From Algoriphagus sp. (lineage in GTDB: Bacteria; Bacteroidota; Bacteroidia; Cytophagales; Cyclobacteriaceae), in NCBI RefSeq assembly GCF_013373065.1, contig NZ_JABXIN010000008.1:31166-95165 (forward strand): a stretch of 64,000 nucleotides of DNA, read 5' to 3'. The position numbers were made by a program, and so were the translations under genes. This document shows, piece by piece, positions 1 through 9,220 of this stretch. Each line of letters begins with the position of its first letter. Position 1 is the stretch's first letter. The notes under the pieces are model-generated. The model was not told the origin of the DNA, ran no database searches, and saw nothing but the letters and a program-made list of their open reading frames with translations.

Positions 1-1961
1 TTGGTCGTGATTTGACCAAAATGGCCGAGGAAGATAAGTTGGATCCAATCATTGGTCGTGAAAAAGAAATTGAGCGGGTTGCTCAAATCCTTTCCAGGAG
101 AAAGAAAAACAACCCAATTCTTATTGGTGAACCTGGAGTTGGTAAAACAGCCATTGCTGAAGGATTGGCCCTTCGTATTGTTCAGAAAAAAGTTTCCCGT
201 GTACTCTTCAATAAGCGCGTGGTGACCTTGGATTTAGCTTCCTTGGTAGCTGGAACGAAATATCGTGGGCAATTCGAAGAGCGAATGAAAGCTGTCATGA
301 ATGAATTGGAAAAGTCACCCAATGTGATTCTATTCATTGATGAGCTTCATACCATTGTGGGAGCTGGAGGAGCTTCTGGTTCTTTGGACGCATCCAATAT
401 GTTTAAACCTGCTCTCGCAAGAGGGGAGATTCAATGTATCGGTGCGACGACTTTGGACGAGTATCGTCAATACATTGAAAAGGATGGTGCTTTGGCCCGT
501 AGATTCCAAATGGTTATGGTCGATGCGACTACGCCGGAAGAAACGATCCAAATCCTCAACAATATCAAAGACAAGTATGAGGACCATCATAATGTGAACT
601 ATACAGACGAGGCTATCGAAGCCTGCGTAAAGCTTTCAGATCGATACATTTCGGATCGCTTCTTACCAGATAAGGCAATTGATATCCTAGACGAAGCAGG
701 TGCGCGCGTACACATCAATAATATTCATGTGCCAGAGGATATCCTAAAACTGGAAGCTGAAGTTGAAGAAATCAAAGCTGAGAAAAACCGAGTGGTTAAG
801 TCTCAGAAATATGAAGAGGCGGCACAGCTTCGGGATAAGGAGAAAAAATTGCTGGAACAATTGGATTTGGCTAAAGCCCGATGGGAAGAAGAATCCAAAA
901 CCAAGCGATTTACTGTAGATGAGGATAATGTCGCTGAGGTCATTGCGATGATGACTGGAATTCCTGCGAAGCGAATTGCTCAAAATGAGGGCAATAAGCT
1001 GTTGAATATGGCTGAGGAGCTAAAAGGCAAGGTCATCGGACAGGAAGAAGCGATCAAGAAATTGACTAAGGCGATTCAGCGTACCCGAGTGGGATTGAAG
1101 GATCCTAAAAAGCCGATCGGTTCCTTTATTTTCTTGGGGCCTACCGGTGTCGGAAAGACTGAACTGGCAAAAACCTTAGCTACCTACCTCTTTGACAAGG
1201 AAGACTCTTTGATTCGTATCGATATGTCGGAATACATGGAGAAATTCTCCGTATCCCGATTGGTAGGTGCGCCTCCAGGATATGTTGGATACGAAGAAGG
1301 TGGACAGTTGACCGAAAAGGTGCGAAGAAAGCCTTATTCCGTTGTCTTGTTAGATGAAATCGAAAAAGCCCACCCGGATGTATTTAATATCTTGTTGCAG
1401 GTTTTGGATGATGGAATCTTGACAGACGGTTTAGGTCGCCGGGTAGATTTCCGAAATACCATCATCATCATGACATCCAATATTGGGGTTAGAGATTTGA
1501 AGGATTTTGGAGCGGGAATCGGTTTTGCAAGCAAAGCCAAGCAGGATAGCATGGATGAAATCATGAAGTCCACGATTCAATCTGCCTTGAAAAAGGCCTT
1601 TAGTCCTGAATTCTTGAACCGTCTCGATGACGTGGTTGTATTCAACTCCTTGACTAAGGAAGATATTTTCAAAATCATCGATATTTCTTTGGCCAAATTG
1701 TTCCATAGAATCACTGATTTGGGATATAAGATCGAGTTGACTGAAAAAGCGAAAGAATTCTTATCAGAAAAAGGATATGATCAGCAATATGGAGCTCGTC
1801 CGCTAAACCGTGCGATTCAGAAGTATTTAGAAGATGCGGTTGCTGAAGAAATCCTTAAAGGAGATCTTTCAGAAGGCGACGTGATTACAGCCGATTATGA
1901 CGGGAAGTCTGCCGAATTGACCATTACGGTGAAAAAGAAAAAACAGAAGGCAGAAGAATAA
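1..1961 (+). CDS. clpC: ATP-dependent Clp protease ATP-binding subunit ClpC (5' end lies outside the window)
   Basis: The frame is open from base 3 (..[26 protein letters not shown]). Two AAA+ modules carry Walker A GEPGVGKT and GPTGVGKT and Walker B ILFIDELH and [14 protein letters not shown]-like linker [18 protein letters not shown] is present. A hairpin terminator follows. Confidence 0.9.
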   Translation, partial: GRDLTKMAEEDKLDPIIGREKEIERVAQILSRRKKNNPILIGEPGVGKTAIAEGLALRIVQKKVSRVLFNKRVVTLDLASLVAGTKYRGQFEERMKAVMNELEKSPNVILFIDELHTIVGAGGASGSLDASNMFKPALARGEIQCIGATTLDEYRQYIEKDGALARRFQMVMVDATTPEETIQILNNIKDKYEDHHNVNYTDEAIEACVKLSDRYISDRFLPDKAIDILDEAGARVHINNIHVPEDILKLEAEVEEIKAEKNRVVKSQKYEEAAQLRDKEKKLLEQLDLAKARWEEESKTKRFTVDEDNVAEVIAMMTGIPAKRIAQNEGNKLLNMAEELKGKVIGQEEAIKKLTKAIQRTRVGLKDPKKPIGSFIFLGPTGVGKTELAKTLATYLFDKEDSLIRIDMSEYMEKFSVSRLVGAPPGYVGYEEGGQLTEKVRRKPYSVVLLDEIEKAHPDVFNILLQVLDDGILTDGLGRRVDFRNTIIIMTSNIGVRDLKDFGAGIGFASKAKQDSMDEIMKSTIQSALKKAFSPEFLNRLDDVVVFNSLTKEDIFKIIDISLAKLFHRITDLGYKIELTEKAKEFLSEKGYDQQYGARPLNRAIQKYLEDAVAEEILKGDLSEGDVITADYDGKSAELTITVKKKKQKAEE

Positions 1962-1981
1962 ATTGATTGCTCTCTAAAAAA

Positions 1982-2011
1982 ATCCCAAAGTGAAAATCTT
2001 GGGATTTTTTT
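1982..2011. terminator. Bidirectional intrinsic terminator between convergent clpC and the small membrane-protein gene
   Basis: The stem is atcccaa (1982-1988) paired with ttgggat (1999-2005). It has an A-run upstream and a T-run downstream. Confidence 0.7.
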
Positions 2012-2013
2012 AT

Positions 2014-2301
2014 TTAAAGTGAAAAGATGAAAAAGACCAGGGCTACACCAATGACTAGGGTCATCACTTTGGCTTTTTCTAAATCCTCTTTTTTAACTTT
2101 TCGTTTTCTGAGAACCATTACTGACAAGCCCAAACCAAACATTTGTAACAAAAGCGCTACACCATTTAAAGGGCCCATAGGGGCATCGAGAAGGTGCAAT
2201 TGAGTATTAACAAGGGAAAGCATACCTAAAACAATCCCTGTGATACCAAAAAGAAATGATCGTTGAAGAAGTACGCCTTCAGGCAGATTGGTCCAGTTCA
2301 T
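2014..2301 (-). CDS. Small hydrophobic membrane protein, function unknown
   Basis: This 95-aa ORF has about three hydrophobic helices (LFGITGIVLGMLSLV, ALLLQMFGLGLSVMVL, MTLVIGVALVFFIFSL). I recognise no family motif. Confidence 0.45.
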   Translation of the reverse strand: MNWTNLPEGVLLQRSFLFGITGIVLGMLSLVNTQLHLLDAPMGPLNGVALLLQMFGLGLSVMVLRKRKVKKEDLEKAKVMTLVIGVALVFFIFSL

Positions 2302-2354
2302 AGGTTGGTTTGGAATTTGGCGAAGATAGGAAATCCTCAGAATTCAGAAGGATT

Positions 2355-4064
2355 CTATTTTTTAATCATTTTCTTTTTTCGATCTGAAAAATAATCCTCG
2401 ATTTCTTTTCTGGAAAGTGCATTTAAGGTCATTTCTTTTGTTAAACCACCTTTTCTTCCCACTAATACCCCATATTTCATATCCCCATATCCGGCAATTT
2501 CATGGGCATCAGGATTGATGGAAAGCATTACACCTTGATCCATGGCATAGCGTACCCATCGCCAATCCAAATCCAATCGCCAAGGGTTGGCATTGATTTC
2601 GATCACTACTTGATGCTTTGCGCAGGCATCAATGATTGTCTTATGGTCAATGGGATAACCTTCCCGTCTTAGTAGTAGCCTTCCCGTGGGGTGTCCAAGA
2701 ATAGTGGTATAGGGATTTTCGATGGCAGTAAGTAATCGATGAGTCGCTCGCTTGATGTCCATGTTCAAAATGGAATGAACTGAGGAAACGACAAAATCGA
2801 AAGTCTTTAAAATATCTTCCGGATAATCAAGACTTCCATCTCCTAGAATATCAGATTCGATTCCTTTAAATATTTTGAAAGGAGCGAGTTCTTGATTCAG
2901 TTGGTCAATTTCTTCCTGTTGCTTGATCACTTTTTCGATTTCTAATCCCCCTGCATAGCTGGCAGTCCGGGAATGATCAGAAATTCCAAGGTATTCATAC
3001 CCTAGTGTCTTGCATTGCTCAGCCATTTGACGAAGGCTATTCTTTCCATCACTATAGGTTGAGTGATTATGAAGTATTCCCTTTAAATCACTTTCTACTA
3101 ATAAGGTTGGGATTTTATGCTCTTTTGCTAATTCTACTTCGCCAAACCCTTCCCGCATCTCCACTGGGATATATTGAAGGTGGTGTTTGGAGAAAAACTC
3201 TTTGTCATTTTTAAAACCATTTAGCCGAAGTGCATCTGCTATGGAAGTTTTTGAATCGAGTTTACTTTGAAGGTGAAGGGGACTTGCTGAAAGTGCGTAA
3301 GATTTAACTGGAAAATCCTCAGGGTTCGTTAAATAAAAAGTGAATTTGAGATCCCATTCCTTGATTTTTCCTCTCAGCGTAAATGGCCCTGAAAAAGATT
3401 TATCAATCTCCAAATCTTTAATTTTGGATAATTTATGCTGAATTTTTGGAATGTCTTTCGTGCCAATTAGCCACTCGGCTTGGGAAATGATTTCTATTTT
3501 CCTAGCAAATTCTCCAACAGGAGTAATGGTTGAGCTTGAAAATTCTTCTTGTAATTTTTCTGTCAACTCATTGATATATTCCTCAATATCGGCATAAAGC
3601 CATTTTCCTGCATTTGAGGCTTTAAATTCCAGGTTTTGAATGATGGTATCTTGGGTTTTTTCTCCAAACCCTTTGATTTTTGCAACCTTCCCACTTTGGC
3701 AAGCCTCCATCAATTCATGAGTAGAAGTTATACCCAATTCTTCCCAAAGAGTTTTTACTTTTTTTGGTCCTAATCCTTTGATCTGAAGGACTTCTAAAAT
3801 TCCTTGTGGAGTTTTTTCAATCAAATCATCCAATAATGGAAAAGATTCGGATGATTTTAAAGACTTAATGGCTTCTAAAATACTCTTTCCAACTCCTGGG
3901 ATTTTTTCCAATTCTTCAACACTTAGCTCCATGATATCTGCATCTCCCCGTTCCAAAGAGTTGAGCGCCGATTGATAACTTCTGATTTTAAAAGTATTTT
4001 CATCATGAAGCTCCATCAATTGGATACAGAGCTTGAGTTTTTTAAGGATAGTTTTATGGTCCAA
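2355..4064 (-). CDS. polX: DNA polymerase X family protein with C-terminal PHP phosphoesterase domain (PolX)
   Basis: 569 aa. The N-terminus has HhH-type PolX motifs (ELEKIPGVGKSI, IKGLGPKKV, IKGFGEKT). The C-terminus has PHP motifs (HNHSTYSDG, GISDHS, SDAHE-like INPDAHE). The apparent start is TTG at 4064. Confidence 0.85.
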   Translation of the reverse strand: MDHKTILKKLKLCIQLMELHDENTFKIRSYQSALNSLERGDADIMELSVEELEKIPGVGKSILEAIKSLKSSESFPLLDDLIEKTPQGILEVLQIKGLGPKKVKTLWEELGITSTHELMEACQSGKVAKIKGFGEKTQDTIIQNLEFKASNAGKWLYADIEEYINELTEKLQEEFSSSTITPVGEFARKIEIISQAEWLIGTKDIPKIQHKLSKIKDLEIDKSFSGPFTLRGKIKEWDLKFTFYLTNPEDFPVKSYALSASPLHLQSKLDSKTSIADALRLNGFKNDKEFFSKHHLQYIPVEMREGFGEVELAKEHKIPTLLVESDLKGILHNHSTYSDGKNSLRQMAEQCKTLGYEYLGISDHSRTASYAGGLEIEKVIKQQEEIDQLNQELAPFKIFKGIESDILGDGSLDYPEDILKTFDFVVSSVHSILNMDIKRATHRLLTAIENPYTTILGHPTGRLLLRREGYPIDHKTIIDACAKHQVVIEINANPWRLDLDWRWVRYAMDQGVMLSINPDAHEIAGYGDMKYGVLVGRKGGLTKEMTLNALSRKEIEDYFSDRKKKMIKK

Positions 4065-4265
4065 AACAAGGAAGGTTTTAATTACGTCTACTTAGACAAA
4101 TGTCCAAAAATATTGTTTCAAATTAAAGTTGATTAGGGTATCTTCCACAGAATGGTAAGGTCAGTTTTGGATTTTGTTTCAATTGAATTGTAAAGTGTAA
4201 ATGGAATTTGAATCCTTGGGTTTTTGTTCCTTCCATGTGTACCAAACTAAATCACCAACGCAGCT

Positions 4266-4664
4266 ATGAAATATTGGATGGTAAAAAGTGAACCGAATTC
4301 TTATTCTTGGGATGACTTTGAAAAAGCCCAAGAGGATATTTGGGATGGAGTAAGAAATTATCAAGCCCGGAATTATTTGAATGAGATGGGGATAGGAGAT
4401 CAAGTCCTTTTTTATCATAGTGGTAAAGAAAAGGCGGTGGTCGGTATTGCAGAGGTCTCTTCTGCTCCGCTTCCCGATCCTAAAGATGAGGCTTGGACAG
4501 CTGTGATGCTTAAGGTGGGGAAGCGCTTAACAAATCCAGTTTCATTGAAGCAGATCAAGGCTGAGGATAGGCTTTCAGATTTGCCCATGCTTAAGCAATC
4601 CCGACTCTCCGTGCTTCCTGTTTCGAAAGATGAGTTTGAATTGATTGTGAAGATGTCTCTATGA
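4266..4664 (+). CDS. EVE (PUA-like, THYN1-like) domain protein
   Basis: 132 aa. The N-terminal signature MKYWMVKSEPNSYSWDDF...WDGVRNYQARNYL is typical of stand-alone EVE-domain proteins. Confidence 0.8.
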   Translation: MKYWMVKSEPNSYSWDDFEKAQEDIWDGVRNYQARNYLNEMGIGDQVLFYHSGKEKAVVGIAEVSSAPLPDPKDEAWTAVMLKVGKRLTNPVSLKQIKAEDRLSDLPMLKQSRLSVLPVSKDEFELIVKMSL

Positions 4665-6283
4665 GAAAAGCCATTGTATTATGCCTGAGTTTACTTTTTA
4701 GTTTGCCTGCATTTTCCCAAGTGGAATATGTAGCTCGATTTGAAATAGAATCGGATTATTTTGATCCCCATTTTGAAATGGTTCGTTACGGTGAAAATAT
4801 TGTCGCTTTTCGGACACTTGCAAAGCGAGCTTTTTCAGTAGATCGGATTTTCCAATATGTCTTGTTGGATCCAGAACTGAACACAGAAAGGGGATTAATT
4901 GAATTGCCTGTTCAGCCGGGTTATGACTTGATCGGTTATGATTTAGACGGAGATTTTCTATATGTCCTTTTTCAGCGAGGAACCGGGGTTGGGGGAGAAA
5001 AATATGTGCTCAAAGTGGATTTGGTAGGTTTGGATGCCTTTGAATTCTCCGTGGAAAACCTACTTGATATAGAGCTAGCTGAATTCTTGGTTCAGAATGA
5101 GCGGGTTATTTTTATGGGCTCAGCTAATATGCGGCCTGTAGTCCAGGTTTATAGCTTAGTAGACAAATCCATTCAAACAGTTCAAGGGGTTTATGGAAAT
5201 GATACCCAGATCCTTCAGATTCGAAAAATGCCTGAAATCGAAGCCTTTGAAGTCGTTTTGAGCCGGAAAGGTCAATATCGTGATAAGGAGGTAATTCTTA
5301 ATACCTATGATCTGCTGGGGAATTTGCTGAGGGAGATTCGAATTGATCAATTTGGGGATGAAGATCAGGAAATCATCGAGGCCTTGGTAGTGCAGGAAGA
5401 CTTATATAGAAAATCCATGATCGGGTCTTTTGGATTAGCAAGAAGAGATTCCTACCTCGGAATGTATCGAACCGAAATCAATGAATTTGGAGAATACGAT
5501 ACCAGATTATACACCTTGGAAGACTTCCCTAATTTTTTTAACTATCTCGATGAGAAAAGTAAGTTAAAGAAAGATGCCGAAGTGCTTAAGCAAGTAGACC
5601 GGGATAAAATCCCAAGTATCCGTAATGTCTATTCCATTCGGGAAGTCCGGCAAGAACCCGACGGTTTGTATGTGTTTTTTGATCACTACAATATTATAAA
5701 TTCCCGAGGAGTCAATAGAGGATGGCCTTTTTCACCTACCTCGATGTATCGTTATGACCGATGGAGTAGAATGAGCTATTGGCAGGATTACTGGGATCCT
5801 ATTTCGGTTAGGAGATTTAATCAGGGACCACTTCAGATCAATACCGAATTCAGTTATATCTCTGCCCACTTCGTCAAGTTGGGAGAAGAAGGTCGGGTTG
5901 TTTGGGACAATTCTGCCACTTATGATGATTTGCTTACGGATATTCCGGAGCCATTTGGAGAAATCGCCATTGTGGGTGATGAATTTTACCATGCCTATGT
6001 GCGAAATGACAAAATCCGATTGGCTTATATAAAAAAAGGAGAGAAAAAATTCGATAATCTTGATTTCGAACTAAAGCTGGTCAATGAAACCGAACGAATC
6101 GGTGACACAGATATGCCCAGTCTTCGATTGGTGTATTGGTATGACCGCTATTTTATTCTAACTGGAAACCAACGGGTTCGCTATCAAAAGGAAAATGGAC
6201 AGGCTGCAACTCGGGAGGTGTTTTTCTTTTCAAAAGTAATGGTTTCTGGAGACCTCTATCAGCCTGAGGAAACTGAAGACTAG
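4661..6283 (+). CDS. Secreted or periplasmic protein of unknown function
   Basis: 540 aa with signal peptide MRKAIVLCLSLLFSLPAFSQ. Its ATG overlaps the EVE stop codon (ATGA). I recognise no catalytic motif. Confidence 0.6.
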   Translation: MRKAIVLCLSLLFSLPAFSQVEYVARFEIESDYFDPHFEMVRYGENIVAFRTLAKRAFSVDRIFQYVLLDPELNTERGLIELPVQPGYDLIGYDLDGDFLYVLFQRGTGVGGEKYVLKVDLVGLDAFEFSVENLLDIELAEFLVQNERVIFMGSANMRPVVQVYSLVDKSIQTVQGVYGNDTQILQIRKMPEIEAFEVVLSRKGQYRDKEVILNTYDLLGNLLREIRIDQFGDEDQEIIEALVVQEDLYRKSMIGSFGLARRDSYLGMYRTEINEFGEYDTRLYTLEDFPNFFNYLDEKSKLKKDAEVLKQVDRDKIPSIRNVYSIREVRQEPDGLYVFFDHYNIINSRGVNRGWPFSPTSMYRYDRWSRMSYWQDYWDPISVRRFNQGPLQINTEFSYISAHFVKLGEEGRVVWDNSATYDDLLTDIPEPFGEIAIVGDEFYHAYVRNDKIRLAYIKKGEKKFDNLDFELKLVNETERIGDTDMPSLRLVYWYDRYFILTGNQRVRYQKENGQAATREVFFFSKVMVSGDLYQPEETED

Positions 6284-6317
6284 AATTTCTTTTTATATTT
6301 ACCGGCAAATCCTACCC

Positions 6318-6863
6318 ATGCAAAAACGGCTCGTTTTAAATCAGCAACAAATCCAAATCATCCTGAAACGGTTTTGCCATCAGCTGATCGAAAATCATGA
6401 TAATTTTGAAAATACGGTGCTACTTGGTCTACAGCCCAGAGGGATTATTCTTCTCGATCGGATTGTAGAAGAATTAGAAAACATTTCTGGGAAGAAAGTA
6501 CCTGCAGGCTATTTGGATGCAACATTTCACCGAGATGATTTTCGACGAAGGGATTTTCCATTAAAAGCGAACGAGACAAAGATTGATTTTCTGGTCGAAG
6601 GCAAAAATGTAATCTTGGTAGATGATGTTCTTTACAAAGGACGATCTGTGCGTGCGGCAATGGATGCGATGATTGCTTTTGGAAGGCCACAGAAGGTCGA
6701 GCTAATGGTTCTTGTGGATCGAAAACTTACCCGGGATTATCCCATTATGCCAGATTATTTTGGGATTCGGGTTAATACCCTGGACTCTCAATATGTCGTG
6801 GTGGAATGGGCTTCTCAAGGACAGCCGGAAGATGCAGTTTGGATAACCGAAAAAGAAAAATAA
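6318..6863 (+). CDS. pyrR: PyrR-family phosphoribosyltransferase / pyrimidine operon regulator
   Basis: 181 aa. PRPP-binding loop VILVDDVLYKGRSVRAA, PyrR-like N-terminus, and position directly upstream of pyrB. Confidence 0.8.
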   Translation: MQKRLVLNQQQIQIILKRFCHQLIENHDNFENTVLLGLQPRGIILLDRIVEELENISGKKVPAGYLDATFHRDDFRRRDFPLKANETKIDFLVEGKNVILVDDVLYKGRSVRAAMDAMIAFGRPQKVELMVLVDRKLTRDYPIMPDYFGIRVNTLDSQYVVVEWASQGQPEDAVWITEKEK

Positions 6864-6869
6864 CAACTA

Positions 6870-7796
6870 ATGTCGCAACTCAGCACCCGTCACCTGCTTG
6901 GAATTAAAGATCTGACTTCAGCGGATATTCAGTTGATTTTGGACACTGCAGAGAATTTTAAGGAGGTAATTAATCGTCCCATCAAGAAGGTGCCTTCGCT
7001 TCGGGATATTACGATAGCAAATATATTTTTTGAAAATTCTACCCGAACACGTCTTTCCTTTGAACTAGCAGAAAAGCGACTTTCTGCGGACGTTGTTAAT
7101 TTTTCATCAAGCAATAGTTCCGTAAAAAAGGGAGAAACCTTGGTCGATACGGTCAATAATATCTTATCCATGAAAGTGGATATGGTCGTTATGCGCCACA
7201 GTAGTCCGGGTGCTCCACATTTTTTGGCAAGAAATGTTAAAGCAAATATTGTCAACGCCGGAGATGGAACTCACGAACATCCAACCCAAGCTCTTTTGGA
7301 TGCATTTTCCATGCGTGAGAAATTGGGAGATCTTCAAGGTAAAAAAGTGGCCATCATTGGAGATATTTTACATTCTCGAGTTGCCCTTTCTAATATATTC
7401 TGTTTGCAAAAGTTAGGAGCAGAGATAATGGTTTGTGGGCCGATTACCTTACTTCCAAAGCATATTGAAAGTTTGGGGGTAAAAGTGGAATTGGATGTGA
7501 GAAAAGCCTTGGCTTGGTGTGATGTGGCAAACGTCCTTCGAATCCAGTTGGAAAGACAGCAAATTAAATATTTCCCAAGCCTGAGAGAATATTCGCTGTA
7601 TTACGGGATTAATAAAAAAATGCTGCAGGAGTTAGATAAGGAAATTGTGGTGATGCATCCTGGCCCAATTAATAGAGGGGTAGAATTGGCCTCCGATGTT
7701 GCCGATTCGGACCACGCCATCATTCTCCAGCAAGTTGAAAATGGGGTCGCAGTCCGAATGGCAGTTTTGTACCTTTTGGCAGGGGTTAAGGCTTAA
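6870..7796 (+). CDS. pyrB: Aspartate carbamoyltransferase catalytic subunit
   Basis: 308 aa. Motifs ENSTRTRLSFE (carbamoyl-phosphate binding), HEHPTQALLD and MHPGPINRG. Confidence 0.92.
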   Translation: MSQLSTRHLLGIKDLTSADIQLILDTAENFKEVINRPIKKVPSLRDITIANIFFENSTRTRLSFELAEKRLSADVVNFSSSNSSVKKGETLVDTVNNILSMKVDMVVMRHSSPGAPHFLARNVKANIVNAGDGTHEHPTQALLDAFSMREKLGDLQGKKVAIIGDILHSRVALSNIFCLQKLGAEIMVCGPITLLPKHIESLGVKVELDVRKALAWCDVANVLRIQLERQQIKYFPSLREYSLYYGINKKMLQELDKEIVVMHPGPINRGVELASDVADSDHAIILQQVENGVAVRMAVLYLLAGVKA

Positions 7797-7798
7797 AG

Positions 7799-8407
7799 TT
7801 AGTTTTTTCGCCAACGGCCACCACCTACATAGAATCCAAATGTAAATCCAAAGTATTGGTTGATCGCCTCACCAATCACCTGTCCGCTGGTATTTTGTAA
7901 GTCTGAATTTGGGATAAAGTTGTATTCCGCCCCCATTCTAAATTTACCCAATTCAATACCAGCCCGGACCATAGGAGCCCATTTGAAATTTGCTTCTAAA
8001 TTTCCTACATCCACATCATCAATGTTGGAGGCATCAATCTCTACTGAACTCAAGCCATAATAGCCAAATCCAGCACCGATGTAAGGTGCAAAATTGCTTC
8101 CCCCATTATTAAAGTAATAATCAAACGTTCCGGTAATCGAAACATTTCCGGATACCTCTCCCTCATAATCTTCAGTGATGTCATAGTAGGTGACATTTTT
8201 AGCAAGTCCAGCCACCCCAAAACGGATTCCAACATTCATATTGTCACCGACATTGATTTTGGGTTCAATATTCACTAAGGCACCAATTCCCCCATCTTTT
8301 GGAATTGCCGGCCCCAGTTCAAGACCCATTCGGAATTTTCCTGCTTGCTGTGCATACGATGCAGCACCTATACCTAGCAAAATGATTAGTGTGAGAAGTT
8401 TTTTCAT
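7799..8407 (-). CDS. Small outer-membrane beta-barrel (porin-family/OmpW-like) protein
   Basis: 202 aa with signal peptide MKKLLTLIILLGIGAASYAQ. Alternating Gly/aromatic beta-strand pattern, with aromatic-rich FGFTFGFYVGG near the C-terminus. Confidence 0.7.
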   Translation of the reverse strand: MKKLLTLIILLGIGAASYAQQAGKFRMGLELGPAIPKDGGIGALVNIEPKINVGDNMNVGIRFGVAGLAKNVTYYDITEDYEGEVSGNVSITGTFDYYFNNGGSNFAPYIGAGFGYYGLSSVEIDASNIDDVDVGNLEANFKWAPMVRAGIELGKFRMGAEYNFIPNSDLQNTSGQVIGEAINQYFGFTFGFYVGGGRWRKN

Positions 8408-8503
8408 CGTCTGTTTTATTTTTTCGATATGCTGTCAAAAAAGGTTCCAAAACGTCTAAACTTCCCCCAAAGAATTCTAGTTTTAATTCAAAATTGAATT
8501 TTT

Positions 8504-9220
8504 ATGCTGCTTGTTCAGAATTTGATCAAACGATATGGGAAGCAAAATGCTGTCAATGATATTTCTTTTGAACTTCAAGGTGGGGAAGTGGTAGGCCTTC
8601 TTGGGCCAAATGGTGCAGGTAAAAGCACTACCATGAAATGCATTGTTGGACTGCTTCGAAAAACTTCGGGAGAAATTACAATTGGAGGATTTGACCACCT
8701 GTCTGTGGAGGCAAAGCGACTATTCAGCTACATCCCTGAAACACCTTATGTGTATGATTTACTCACAGTGGAGGAGCATTTGCAATTTATTGCCCAAGCG
8801 TATGGGATCCGGGATTGGAAGAAAAAAGGACATGAATTGTTGGAGATATATGATCTAACCGATAAGGCTAAAAGACTTGGAAAAGACCTGTCCAAGGGAA
8901 TGAGGCAAAAAGTTTCTATTTGTTGTGCCCTCTTGCCTGATCCTCAAGTCTTATTTTTTGATGAGCCGATGATTGGCCTAGATCCAAAAGCGATCCGAAA
9001 CACCAAACGAATTTTCAGAGAGCTAAAAGAAGCAGGAAAGACGATTCTGGTCAGTACGCACTTGATCGATTCGGTAGAAACAATCGCGGACCGAATTATG
9101 ATTTTGAAAGAGGGCAATATCATTGGGAATGACACGCTGGAAAATCTTAAAAATCAATTTGAGCAAAAAGAGGGTGGAAGTTTAGAGGATATCTTTTTAG
9201 AATTGACCAAAGATGAATGA
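8504..9220 (+). CDS. ABC transporter ATP-binding protein
   Basis: Walker A GPNGAGKST, signature LSKGMRQK, Walker B LFFDEP. Confidence 0.9.
   Translation: MLLVQNLIKRYGKQNAVNDISFELQGGEVVGLLGPNGAGKSTTMKCIVGLLRKTSGEITIGGFDHLSVEAKRLFSYIPETPYVYDLLTVEEHLQFIAQAYGIRDWKKKGHELLEIYDLTDKAKRLGKDLSKGMRQKVSICCALLPDPQVLFFDEPMIGLDPKAIRNTKRIFRELKEAGKTILVSTHLIDSVETIADRIMILKEGNIIGNDTLENLKNQFEQKEGGSLEDIFLELTKDE

Noticed and set aside
6284-6869. A PyrR-binding attenuator (anti-antiterminator hairpin) upstream of pyrR or pyrB.
   Set aside because: The intergenic spaces are only 34 nt and 6 nt. No ARUCCAGAGAGG-like loop or terminator hairpin is visible.
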